NCBI GenBank assembly: GCA_947504615.1
Contig: CANNKR010000001.1
Location: 1 to 42,421 of the forward strand
Origin: Gemmatimonadota bacterium
GTDB taxonomy: Bacteria; Gemmatimonadota; Gemmatimonadetes; Gemmatimonadales; Gemmatimonadaceae
DNA length: 42,421 nt
Direction: 5' to 3'
Positions 23,283-31,305 of this stretch are shown in pieces. The notes beneath the pieces are model-generated. The model made no database searches, was not told the DNA's origin, and saw only the letters and a list, made by a program, of their open reading frames with translations. Made by a program: the position numbers and the translations under genes. Position 1 is the stretch's first letter; each line of letters opens with the position of its first letter.

Positions 23283-26267
23283 ATGCGCCGCAGAATTCTG
23301 GCCGCCGTCTTGGCGACCCTTGCCGCCGCCCCGGCGGTCGTCGCCCAGCAACCCGCCGCCGCAGGCACGCCCGCAACCACCGCGCCACGCGTGCTGTCGC
23401 TCACCGACCTGCTGACCTGGAAGTCCATTCGGACGCCGCAGTTTTCCAACGACGGCAAGTGGATTGCTTACATCCTGGCGCCGAACGAAGGGGACGCGGA
23501 TGTCATCATCCGCCCGGCCGCGGCGGCCGGCAAGGAGCTGAAGTTCGCGATCGGCGAAGTGCCGGCCGGCGGGGGCGGGGGGCCGGGTGGCGGGGGCGCT
23601 GTTGCATCGGTCGCGCTGTCGGGGAACGGACGCTGGGGGGCCTTTACGGTCTATCCCAAGTCCGCCGACGCCAAGCGCGCGCGGCGCGACCGCCGGACGC
23701 TCAGCAACAAGCTGTCGGTGATTGAACTCTCCACGGGAACCAAGCGCGACTTCGACCGTGTGCGCGCGTTCCGTTTTGCGGGCGACAAGTCGGAATGGCT
23801 GGCGGTGCACCATGCGGCGCCAGACGCTCCGTCGGGCCCGGGAGCAGCGGGCGCCTCGCCCGCCCCCTCGGCCGGCGGTGGCACGGTGCTGGAACTGGTG
23901 GATCTCGCGGGCGGCGCACCGATCACGATGGCCGGCGTTGGCGAGTTCGCCTTTGACGAATCGGGACGCTGGATCGCCTACACCATCGACTCGCGCGACT
24001 TGATCGGGAACGCGATACAGCTGCGCGAACTGGCCACGGGGATCACGCGGTCGCTCGAGACGCAGAAGGCGAGCTATCGCCGGCTGGCGTGGATCGATTC
24101 GGGCGATGCGCTCTCGGCGTTGCGCTCGACGGTGGACAGCGCCTCGAATGACACGTCGTTCGCCGTGATCGGCTGGACGCACCTTGGTGCGGCGACGCCA
24201 ACGGCGGTGGAGGTCACCGCCAAGTCGGCCGGCATCGATGGTGGCCTCGTGGTCAGCGGCGACCGCGCCCCGCGCTGGGGTGAAACGCAGAACGTGCTCT
24301 ACTTCGGCCTGCGCGAACCCCGCGCGCCGCGTCCGCGTGAGACCGGGTCGTTTACGCCGCCGAGCCCGGGAGGCGTGGCGCCTGGTGCGGGGAACACCGG
24401 CCAGGTGGCGGCCGCTCCGCAGACCGACGAGGACACGCCGTCGCTGATCCTCTGGCACTGGAAGGACCCGCGGTTGCAGGCGCAGCAGCAGGTGCAGGAA
24501 TCGCAGGACAAGAGCTTCAGCTATCTCGCGGCCTTCACGGTGAGCCCCGGCAAGGTCGTGCGTCTCGCGGACGTGAAAGTGCGCGACGTGCAGGTATCGA
24601 ACCGCGACCGGTGGGCCGTCGGCACCGACATCACGCCGTATGAGCGACAGGCGAGCGTGGACGGCAAGGCGTTCCGCGACTTGTATGCAATCGACATTGC
24701 CACCGGCACACGCAAGGCGCTGGCGACCAAGCTGCGCGGCGGCGGCGGGTTCGGCGGAGCGGGCGCCTTCTCGCCCGACGGCGAACGGATGGCCTACTAC
24801 AATGACGGCGACTACAAGGCGTACGAGTTCGCCACCGGCAACACCCAGACGCTGACCACGGGCGTCAAGGCGAATTTCTGGGATGACGAAGACGACCACA
24901 ACACGATCAAGCCGGCTGCTGCACCGCCGGTGGGCTGGAGCAAGGACGGGAGTGCGCTGCTGGTGCGCGACAACTGGGACATCTGGAAGCTGCCGTTGAA
25001 GGGGACGGCGCTGAACATCACGAACAACGGCAAGAAGGACCGCATCCGGTACCAGATGCGGGTCGGCACCCCATTCCGCGAGCGCGGCATCGACCTGTCG
25101 AAGCCGATGTTCGTGGAGACCTACGGCGAGTGGACCAAGAAGGAGGGGCTCTCGCGCGTGGACGGCACGAAGGGCGGCTCCACGGTGGTCTCGTGGGAAG
25201 ACGCGAAGGTCGACTACCGCAAGGCGCGCGACGCCGACACATGGCTCATCACGCGACAGACGAACGTGAAGTTTCCCGACCTGTATGCGGCCGACGCCGG
25301 GCTCGCCGGCGAACGGCGGCTCACCGACGCCAACCCGCAGCAGAAGGATGTGGCGTGGTCCAGCGGCTCGCGCCTGATCACCTACACCTGTGATCATGGC
25401 GACACGTTGCAGGCCGCGCTCTTCCTGCCGGCCAACTACGAGGCGGGCAAGAAGTATCCGACGCTCACCTACATCTACGAGCGGCTGTCGCAGGGGCTCA
25501 ACGTCTATCCGCAGCCGAATGCGACGCGATACGCCAACCCGGCGGTCTACACGTCACGCGGCTACGCCTACCTGCAGCCGGACATTTCCTACAAGCTGGA
25601 TGATCCGGGCCGCTCGGCGGTGGCATGCGTGGTGCCGGCGGTGAAGGCGGCGATTGCCACGGGCATCGTGGACCCGACGAACGTGGGGCTGCAGGGACAC
25701 AGCTGGGGCGGCTACCAGACGACGTTCATCACGACGCAGACCAACATCTTCAAGACGGCCATCGCCGGCGCGCCGCTGACCGACATGGTGTCGATGTTCA
25801 GCTCGGTCTACTGGAATTCCGGCACCGCCAACCAGGGGATCTTCATCTCGAGCCAGGGCCGGTTTTCCGATTCGTATGCGCGGAACCCCGACCCGTACAT
25901 CCGCAACTCGCCCAACCGGTTCGCCACGAACCTCAACATCCCGTTCATGATCCTGCACAACGACCGGGACGGCGCGGTGGACTTCAACCAGGGCATCACC
26001 TACTACAACACGCTGCGCGAACTGGGCAAGGACGTGGTGCTGCTGGAGTACGTGGGCGAGAACCATGGCCTCGCGCGCGCCGCCAACCAGAAGGACTACG
26101 CCGTGCGGATGCAGGAGTGGTTCGACACCTTCCTGCGCGACCAGCCGGCGCCCGATTGGCTGAAGAACGGCGTGCCGCGCCTGCAGATGGAGCAGCACCT
26201 GAAGGACCGCAAGACGCTCGTTGATCCCACCGCGAAGAAGGCGGAGGAGAAGAAAATCACCCCGTAG
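23283..26267 (+). CDS. S9 family prolyl oligopeptidase/dipeptidyl-peptidase-like serine peptidase with an N-terminal beta-propeller region
   Basis: It has a signal peptide, a long propeller-like N-terminal part, and a C-terminal catalytic domain with GLQGHSWGGY (GxSxGG), NDRDGAVD and GENHGL. Confidence 0.85.
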   Translation: MRRRILAAVLATLAAAPAVVAQQPAAAGTPATTAPRVLSLTDLLTWKSIRTPQFSNDGKWIAYILAPNEGDADVIIRPAAAAGKELKFAIGEVPAGGGGGPGGGGAVASVALSGNGRWGAFTVYPKSADAKRARRDRRTLSNKLSVIELSTGTKRDFDRVRAFRFAGDKSEWLAVHHAAPDAPSGPGAAGASPAPSAGGGTVLELVDLAGGAPITMAGVGEFAFDESGRWIAYTIDSRDLIGNAIQLRELATGITRSLETQKASYRRLAWIDSGDALSALRSTVDSASNDTSFAVIGWTHLGAATPTAVEVTAKSAGIDGGLVVSGDRAPRWGETQNVLYFGLREPRAPRPRETGSFTPPSPGGVAPGAGNTGQVAAAPQTDEDTPSLILWHWKDPRLQAQQQVQESQDKSFSYLAAFTVSPGKVVRLADVKVRDVQVSNRDRWAVGTDITPYERQASVDGKAFRDLYAIDIATGTRKALATKLRGGGGFGGAGAFSPDGERMAYYNDGDYKAYEFATGNTQTLTTGVKANFWDDEDDHNTIKPAAAPPVGWSKDGSALLVRDNWDIWKLPLKGTALNITNNGKKDRIRYQMRVGTPFRERGIDLSKPMFVETYGEWTKKEGLSRVDGTKGGSTVVSWEDAKVDYRKARDADTWLITRQTNVKFPDLYAADAGLAGERRLTDANPQQKDVAWSSGSRLITYTCDHGDTLQAALFLPANYEAGKKYPTLTYIYERLSQGLNVYPQPNATRYANPAVYTSRGYAYLQPDISYKLDDPGRSAVACVVPAVKAAIATGIVDPTNVGLQGHSWGGYQTTFITTQTNIFKTAIAGAPLTDMVSMFSSVYWNSGTANQGIFISSQGRFSDSYARNPDPYIRNSPNRFATNLNIPFMILHNDRDGAVDFNQGITYYNTLRELGKDVVLLEYVGENHGLARAANQKDYAVRMQEWFDTFLRDQPAPDWLKNGVPRLQMEQHLKDRKTLVDPTAKKAEEKKITP

Positions 26268-26892
26268 CGCGCGTTCTGTCGCGCATCACGAACCAGACCC
26301 CCCACCCCACGCACCAGCCGAACAGCGCGCCAAGCGTCACGTCGCTCAAAAAGTGGGCGTGGGCCAGGATGCGGGTGACACCGCATCCCGCGGCCAGCGC
26401 GTACCAGACCCACCGCGCGCGCGGGAACAGTCGCGCCATCGCGGTGGCGGCCGCGAAGGCGACCATCGTGTGGCTGCTCGGCCAGGCGAGGCCGCCCGTC
26501 GAGAAGGGATGGTCGCTCCACGGGCGGAAGCCGTAGAAGCCGTCGTTGACCTCGGGGCGCTGGCGCCGCAGCAGCAGCTTGAGGATCTCGGCCAGCAGCC
26601 CGCCGGCGATCGGCGCCGTCACCAGGTACCACGCGCGCGATGCCGCGCGTGCGGCGTCCGCCGGACGTTCGTGCAGCCACATGGCCAGCGCCCCGATCCC
26701 CCACGTGGGGGCGAAGCCCATCACGCGCAGCAGGCGGGCCCAGTCCTGGTCGTAGACGTTCTTGTAGTGGGCATGATCGAACACCCACTTGTCGGCCAGC
26801 ATCGGCACCGCACCGAACAGCAGCACGCACCCCACCAGCCACATCGTGCGCTGCGCCGTGCCGCCGCCCCACTGCGGATGGGATTCGTTCAT
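26257..26892 (-). CDS. PAP2 superfamily membrane phosphatase
   Basis: All three PAP2 motifs are present: KLLLRRQRP (Kx6RP), PSSH (a PSGH variant) and TRILAHAHFLSD (SRx5Hx3D). The ATG overlaps the upstream NUDIX stop as ATGA. Confidence 0.8.
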   Translation of the reverse strand: MNESHPQWGGGTAQRTMWLVGCVLLFGAVPMLADKWVFDHAHYKNVYDQDWARLLRVMGFAPTWGIGALAMWLHERPADAARAASRAWYLVTAPIAGGLLAEILKLLLRRQRPEVNDGFYGFRPWSDHPFSTGGLAWPSSHTMVAFAAATAMARLFPRARWVWYALAAGCGVTRILAHAHFLSDVTLGALFGWCVGWGVWFVMRDRTRATG

Positions 26893-27479
26893 CGCCAGAG
26901 TTCCTCGAAGGTGCGCAGGATGTGCTCAGTCAGGCCCCAGATGTCGTGCTCCCCGACGGCAATCGCCGAACGTCGCAGGTGCGCATTGGAGAAGTGGATG
27001 GTGATCTCCTTGCGCTGCGCCGGATCGTAGACGCTGCTCAGCGGCACCCAGAACGCGTCGGCCACTTCCTCGTTGAGCACCAGCACTGGGCGTTCCCGGA
27101 TGGCAAAGACGTAGGGCCGCACGATGACCGGCGGCAGTCCGGGATTCCGCGGACGCAACTCGTCGAGTTCGCCCAGCAGTTCGCCCTGCGCGGCCAGGTC
27201 GAGGCCGATCTCTTCGAGGGTCTCGCGCACGGCCGTGTGCACCAGGCTCTCCTCGCCGTGGTGACGACGGCCGCCCGGCAGTGCGATCTGTCCGCTCCAC
27301 GGGTCACCCGCGCGCGTTGCCCGCTTGATGAACAGCGCCTCCAATCCGTCAGCATCCGGATACAGCACCAGCGCGACCGCCGCCTCGCCGAACGGCTCGT
27401 CACGCTCGGCAGGCCTGGCCGCACGCACGGCGAGCGCACCCTGAATGCGCGTCAACTCCGGGTGGTGGACAGAGGTCAA
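26889..27479 (-). CDS. NUDIX hydrolase, CoA-pyrophosphatase-like
   Basis: It has the Nudix box GGRRHHGEESLVHTAVRETLEEIGL, preceded by LFIKRATRAGDPWSGQIALPGG (NuCoA-like motif). The start is uncertain: TTG at 27479 or TTG at 27455. The long upstream ORF extension reads through the heptamer array and is rejected. Confidence 0.7.
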   Translation of the reverse strand: MTSVHHPELTRIQGALAVRAARPAERDEPFGEAAVALVLYPDADGLEALFIKRATRAGDPWSGQIALPGGRRHHGEESLVHTAVRETLEEIGLDLAAQGELLGELDELRPRNPGLPPVIVRPYVFAIRERPVLVLNEEVADAFWVPLSSVYDPAQRKEITIHFSNAHLRRSAIAVGEHDIWGLTEHILRTFEELWR

Positions 27480-27480
27480 G

Positions 27481-27519
27481 ACGGTAGACGGTAGACGGTA
27501 GACGGTAGACAGTAGACGG
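27481..27519. repeat. Heptamer tandem repeat (ACGGTAG) x5.5
   Basis: ACGGTAG x4, then ACAGTAG, then ACGG. It is the reverse complement of the CTACCGT unit at 14141 and lies between the divergent NUDIX and rhomboid genes. Confidence 0.9.
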
Positions 27520-27699
27520 CCTGAGAAGGAGGAAAGGTAGGGGCGGAGGGTGGCGTGGACAAATCGCCGGGGGTGGGGACGTTCCCGGCAGAGCGCGACC
27601 GGTGGAATCGCGGCTTCCGTGACGTACATTTCGCCAGCCGCTCCACCCCGGCGACGTCGCGTGTACCGGCGCCGGGCCCCACTGCCTGGAGTTCGTCCG

Positions 27700-28470
27700 A
27701 TGACCCCCTGGGTCCAGCGCCTGCTCTTCGCGAACATCGCGATGTTCTTCGTGCAGAAGACCATGCCGCAACTGGCCGAGCCGCTCGTGTTCGTGCCGAT
27801 GGCGGTGCTCACGCACCCGTGGTCGATTGTCACGTACATGTTCCTGCACGGCGGCTTCACGCACATCCTGTTCAACATGATGGCGCTGTTCTTCTTTGGC
27901 CCGCGGGTCGAGGAGCGCGTCGGGTCGCGGCGGTTCATCACGCTGTACTTCGTGGCCGGCGTCTCCGGCGCGCTGCTGTCGTTCCTGTTTGCGCCCTACG
28001 CCGGCGTGATCGGCGCGTCGGCCGGCGTCTTCGGGGTGATGATGGGATTCGCCTGGTTCTGGCCGCGCGACCAGATCCTGATCTGGGGCATCCTGCCGAT
28101 CGAGGCGCGCTGGCTGGTGGTCATCACCACGGTGCTGGCGCTGTACAGCGGGTTTGGCGGCTCGGCCGGGGGGGTGGCGGACTTCGCGCACCTCGGCGGT
28201 TACGCGGGCGCGTTCCTGTACCTGCGCTGGATCGGCACCCCGCACGGCATGCAGCGCTTCCAGAAGAAGGCGTTTGCCGGCGCAGGCGCGAGCGCGCTCG
28301 GCAAGTGGAAACAGATCGACCCGCGGTCGGTGCACGAGCTCAACCGGGACGAAGTCAATCGCATTCTCGACAAGATCAGCGCGTCGGGGCTGACCAGCCT
28401 GTCGCCGCAGGAGCGGCAGTTCCTGTCCAACTTCGTGCCGCCCGACGACCGGGTGCCGCCCGTCGCCTGA
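27700..28470 (+). CDS. Rhomboid family intramembrane serine protease
   Basis: It has the HxxxN motif (THILFNMMALFFFG), the catalytic GASAGVFG and FAHLGGYAGAF, and six TM helices. The ATG is at 27700. Confidence 0.85.
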   Translation: MTPWVQRLLFANIAMFFVQKTMPQLAEPLVFVPMAVLTHPWSIVTYMFLHGGFTHILFNMMALFFFGPRVEERVGSRRFITLYFVAGVSGALLSFLFAPYAGVIGASAGVFGVMMGFAWFWPRDQILIWGILPIEARWLVVITTVLALYSGFGGSAGGVADFAHLGGYAGAFLYLRWIGTPHGMQRFQKKAFAGAGASALGKWKQIDPRSVHELNRDEVNRILDKISASGLTSLSPQERQFLSNFVPPDDRVPPVA

Positions 28471-28491
28471 GCGCCGGGCGGTCCGTCCGCC

Positions 28492-31272
28492 TTACACGTA
28501 CGCGAAGAGCATCGCGTAGACGATCCCCAGCACGATCAGCGTCCCCATCGCCAGCGCCGTCCAGGCGAAGGTGCGGATGGTGCGGATCACGATCGGCTGA
28601 TAGGGCACCACGAGGTGCTCTTCCAGCTTGCCCGACGCCACCAGCTCCGCGTACTCGTCCGGCTTGTCGTGCTTCAGCTCTTCCACCGTCATGCGGCCGG
28701 TGAAGATCACCAGGTCCATCGGGAACTTCTCCGGACGCAAGTGCGTGTTGAAGAAGTGGATGGTGAAGATGAAGCCGGTGGCGAGCAGCGCTTCGTCGCT
28801 GTGGACGATGGTGGCCACGTTGACGAACCAGCCCGGGAAGAACCTGGAGAAGAAGACCGGGAACCAGAGCATCAGCCCGGTGGAGCCGATGACGAAAATG
28901 CCCCAGAACACGGCGAAGTAGTCGAACTTCTCCCAGTAGGTCCAGCGGCCGTACGTCGGGCGCTTGCCCTTGCCAAGGAACCACTTCACCGACCCGATGA
29001 GTTCACGCAGGTCGCGCTTGTTGAACATCATGGAGCCCGGGCCGAGCACCAGGTCCATCCAGGTGGTGCCGTCGCGGCGCTTGCGCTTGACGAGGTCCAC
29101 GAGGTGGGTGATGAAGACGGCCACCATGATGACGGCCGCATAGCGGTGGAAGTAGCCCGTGGTCTCGAATCCACCAAGCATGTGCGAGACCGCCACCGCC
29201 CATCCGGTATACGAGAACTTCAGCGTCATGCCCGTGAGGGCAAGGCTGATGAAGCTCAGGATCATGAAGACGTGCATCGCGCGGTGCAGCGGCGTGAAGC
29301 GCTGGTATTCGAGCTCGCCTTCCTTGGCGGGCGGATGGCGGCCGAACTCCTTCCGCATCTGGAGCGCGCGCGGGAGCCACATGAGCGTGTGCGCGCCGCT
29401 GACGGTGAAGGTCACCACCAGCAGCGTGGTCATGGCCCAGAAGACCCAGAACAGGATCGGATACTTGTTCAGGTCATGGTGCGTCGCATGCGTCAGGTAG
29501 CCGGCGAACTTCCGCGACGCGCCGACGTGGCACTTGGCGCAGGTCGCCACCACGTTCTGCCGGCTGAGGTGCGACCGGACGTCCGTGACCTTCAGGATGT
29601 CGTGCGCCCCGTGGCAGTCGTAGCACTGCGCCGTCTTGGTGTAGCCGAGGCGCGACACCTTGCCGTGGTAGGTCTCGAAGTAGGACTCGGCGATTTCCTT
29701 GTGGCAGCTGCCGCACTGCCCCATGATCTTGAGCTTGAAGCCGTCCGCGTCCGTGCGCCCGATGGTGTGGGCCGAGTGGCAGTCGTTGCAGACGGGGAGC
29801 TTCTTGCCGGACTTGCTGACGAGGGCCGAGTGGATGCTCTGCTCGAACTTCTTGGCAATGCCGTCGTGGCAGCCGCCGCAGGTGCGGGGCAGGTTGTTGC
29901 GGTTGACGCTCGACTGCGTGCTGTCGCGCGGCAGGACGCTGTGCGCGGTGTGGCAGCTCGTGCAGGTGGCGGTGACGACGAGGCCGCTCTCGATGAGTCC
30001 CTTGCCGTGGATGCTCTCGGCGTAGCGCTCGACGATCTGCGTCTCCGTCCCCGTGTAGGCGAGGGCCGCCTTCTTTCCGGTGCGGTGACAGCGCGCGCAG
30101 AGATCGGGGACGTGCGTCGGGAAGGACGTCGATCGCGGATCGGCCTTGCCCAGCACGTCGTGCGTGCCGTGGCATTGCTTGCAGCTGGGTCCGTTGGGGT
30201 CCTGCTTCGCCTCGAGCTGTCCGTGCGTGCTCTTCTGGTAGAGCGTGCCGATCTCGGCGTGGCAGGCCGCGCAGTTGACCTTTTGCGTGATCGTCTCGCA
30301 GGGGCGCATGCGTGACGGCGAGACGCCCGTGTGGCACTGGCTGCAGGACTGCTTCACATGCTTGGAGCCCGCGAGCTTCAGGCTGTCGACGAACAGCGAG
30401 CGGCCGTCCTTGGAGGCCTTGATGTCCTTGCGCTCGTGGCACCGCATGCAGTCGCGGTCGGCCATGCCCTGGTCGTAGAAGACCTTGCGGGCCTTGTGCG
30501 GCTCGTGGCAGTCCACGCAGGCGGGGAGGACGTGCGACTCACGCTCCCACAGCTTGCCCTGGATGACCTTGCGGTGCACCGCCTCGATGGCGGCGTGGCA
30601 GGTGGAGCAGGTCGCCGCGATGTTGGCGCGGGCGATCGACGACTTGGCGTCGGTGTGCGGCAGGATGGAGTGGGCCGTGTGGCACGACACGCACGTGGCC
30701 GTGACCGTCAGGCCCTTGTTCATGAGCGCATCGCCGTGGATGCTCTCGGTGTAGTTGGTGATGATGTTCGACTGATGGATCACGCGCTGCTTCTGGACGC
30801 GTCCGCCCTCGGAGTGGCACTGGCCGCAGAGGTACGGGATGCGCGTGGGCAGCACGGGCGAGCGCGGATCCTTGACCGCCAGCATCTCGTGCGTGCCGTG
30901 GCAGTTGCTGCAGTGTGGCGCCAGCTGGTCGCCGCGGGCGATCGCCTTGCCGTGCAGCGACTGCTCGTGCTGCTTCTGCTGGACGGCGTGGCAGCCGCCG
31001 CAGGTGGCCGGCTTCAGGGTTTCGTCGTGCGGAAGATCCTTGCCCTTCAGGTCGGCGTGACAGCCGATGCAGAGCGTCTTGCCATGGACCGTGCCCTCGA
31101 ACTTCGCCTGGTCCACGAACAGCGAAACAGTCTTGCCGGCGCGCTTCTTGGTGAGCGCCTTGTCGGTGTGACACGAGAGGCAGTCATCGTTCGCCTGCGC
31201 TCCGGCACTCCCCGGGACACCGAGCAGGAGCGCCAGGACGGCGGCGAATACAAGCGATGTCACGCGGTTCAT
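28492..31272 (-). CDS. Fusion cytochrome: a 19-heme c-type periplasmic domain plus a C-terminal FdnI/HydC-like b-type membrane domain (CbcL-like architecture)
   Basis: A signal peptide is followed by 19 CXXCH motifs (aa 31-585) with doubled-CXXCH spacing. Then about 5 TM helices carry conserved His residues (LHRAMHVF, YFHRYAAVIMVAVFITH, IVHSDEALLATGFIFTIHFFNTH). Confidence 0.85.
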   Translation of the reverse strand: MNRVTSLVFAAVLALLLGVPGSAGAQANDDCLSCHTDKALTKKRAGKTVSLFVDQAKFEGTVHGKTLCIGCHADLKGKDLPHDETLKPATCGGCHAVQQKQHEQSLHGKAIARGDQLAPHCSNCHGTHEMLAVKDPRSPVLPTRIPYLCGQCHSEGGRVQKQRVIHQSNIITNYTESIHGDALMNKGLTVTATCVSCHTAHSILPHTDAKSSIARANIAATCSTCHAAIEAVHRKVIQGKLWERESHVLPACVDCHEPHKARKVFYDQGMADRDCMRCHERKDIKASKDGRSLFVDSLKLAGSKHVKQSCSQCHTGVSPSRMRPCETITQKVNCAACHAEIGTLYQKSTHGQLEAKQDPNGPSCKQCHGTHDVLGKADPRSTSFPTHVPDLCARCHRTGKKAALAYTGTETQIVERYAESIHGKGLIESGLVVTATCTSCHTAHSVLPRDSTQSSVNRNNLPRTCGGCHDGIAKKFEQSIHSALVSKSGKKLPVCNDCHSAHTIGRTDADGFKLKIMGQCGSCHKEIAESYFETYHGKVSRLGYTKTAQCYDCHGAHDILKVTDVRSHLSRQNVVATCAKCHVGASRKFAGYLTHATHHDLNKYPILFWVFWAMTTLLVVTFTVSGAHTLMWLPRALQMRKEFGRHPPAKEGELEYQRFTPLHRAMHVFMILSFISLALTGMTLKFSYTGWAVAVSHMLGGFETTGYFHRYAAVIMVAVFITHLVDLVKRKRRDGTTWMDLVLGPGSMMFNKRDLRELIGSVKWFLGKGKRPTYGRWTYWEKFDYFAVFWGIFVIGSTGLMLWFPVFFSRFFPGWFVNVATIVHSDEALLATGFIFTIHFFNTHLRPEKFPMDLVIFTGRMTVEELKHDKPDEYAELVASGKLEEHLVVPYQPIVIRTIRTFAWTALAMGTLIVLGIVYAMLFAYV

Positions 31273-31305
31273 GTCACGGTTCCCTGGCCGAAAGGTGCTC
31301 CACGA

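Noticed and set aside
23247-25397. 716-aa minus ORF
   Set aside because: It is antisense to the S9 peptidase gene, which has catalytic motifs. Its product is Arg-rich with no recognisable motif.
26257-26267. 11-bp overlap of the convergent 3' ends of the S9 peptidase and PAP2 genes
   Set aside because: Small convergent overlaps are common in compact GC-rich genomes, and there is no further signal.
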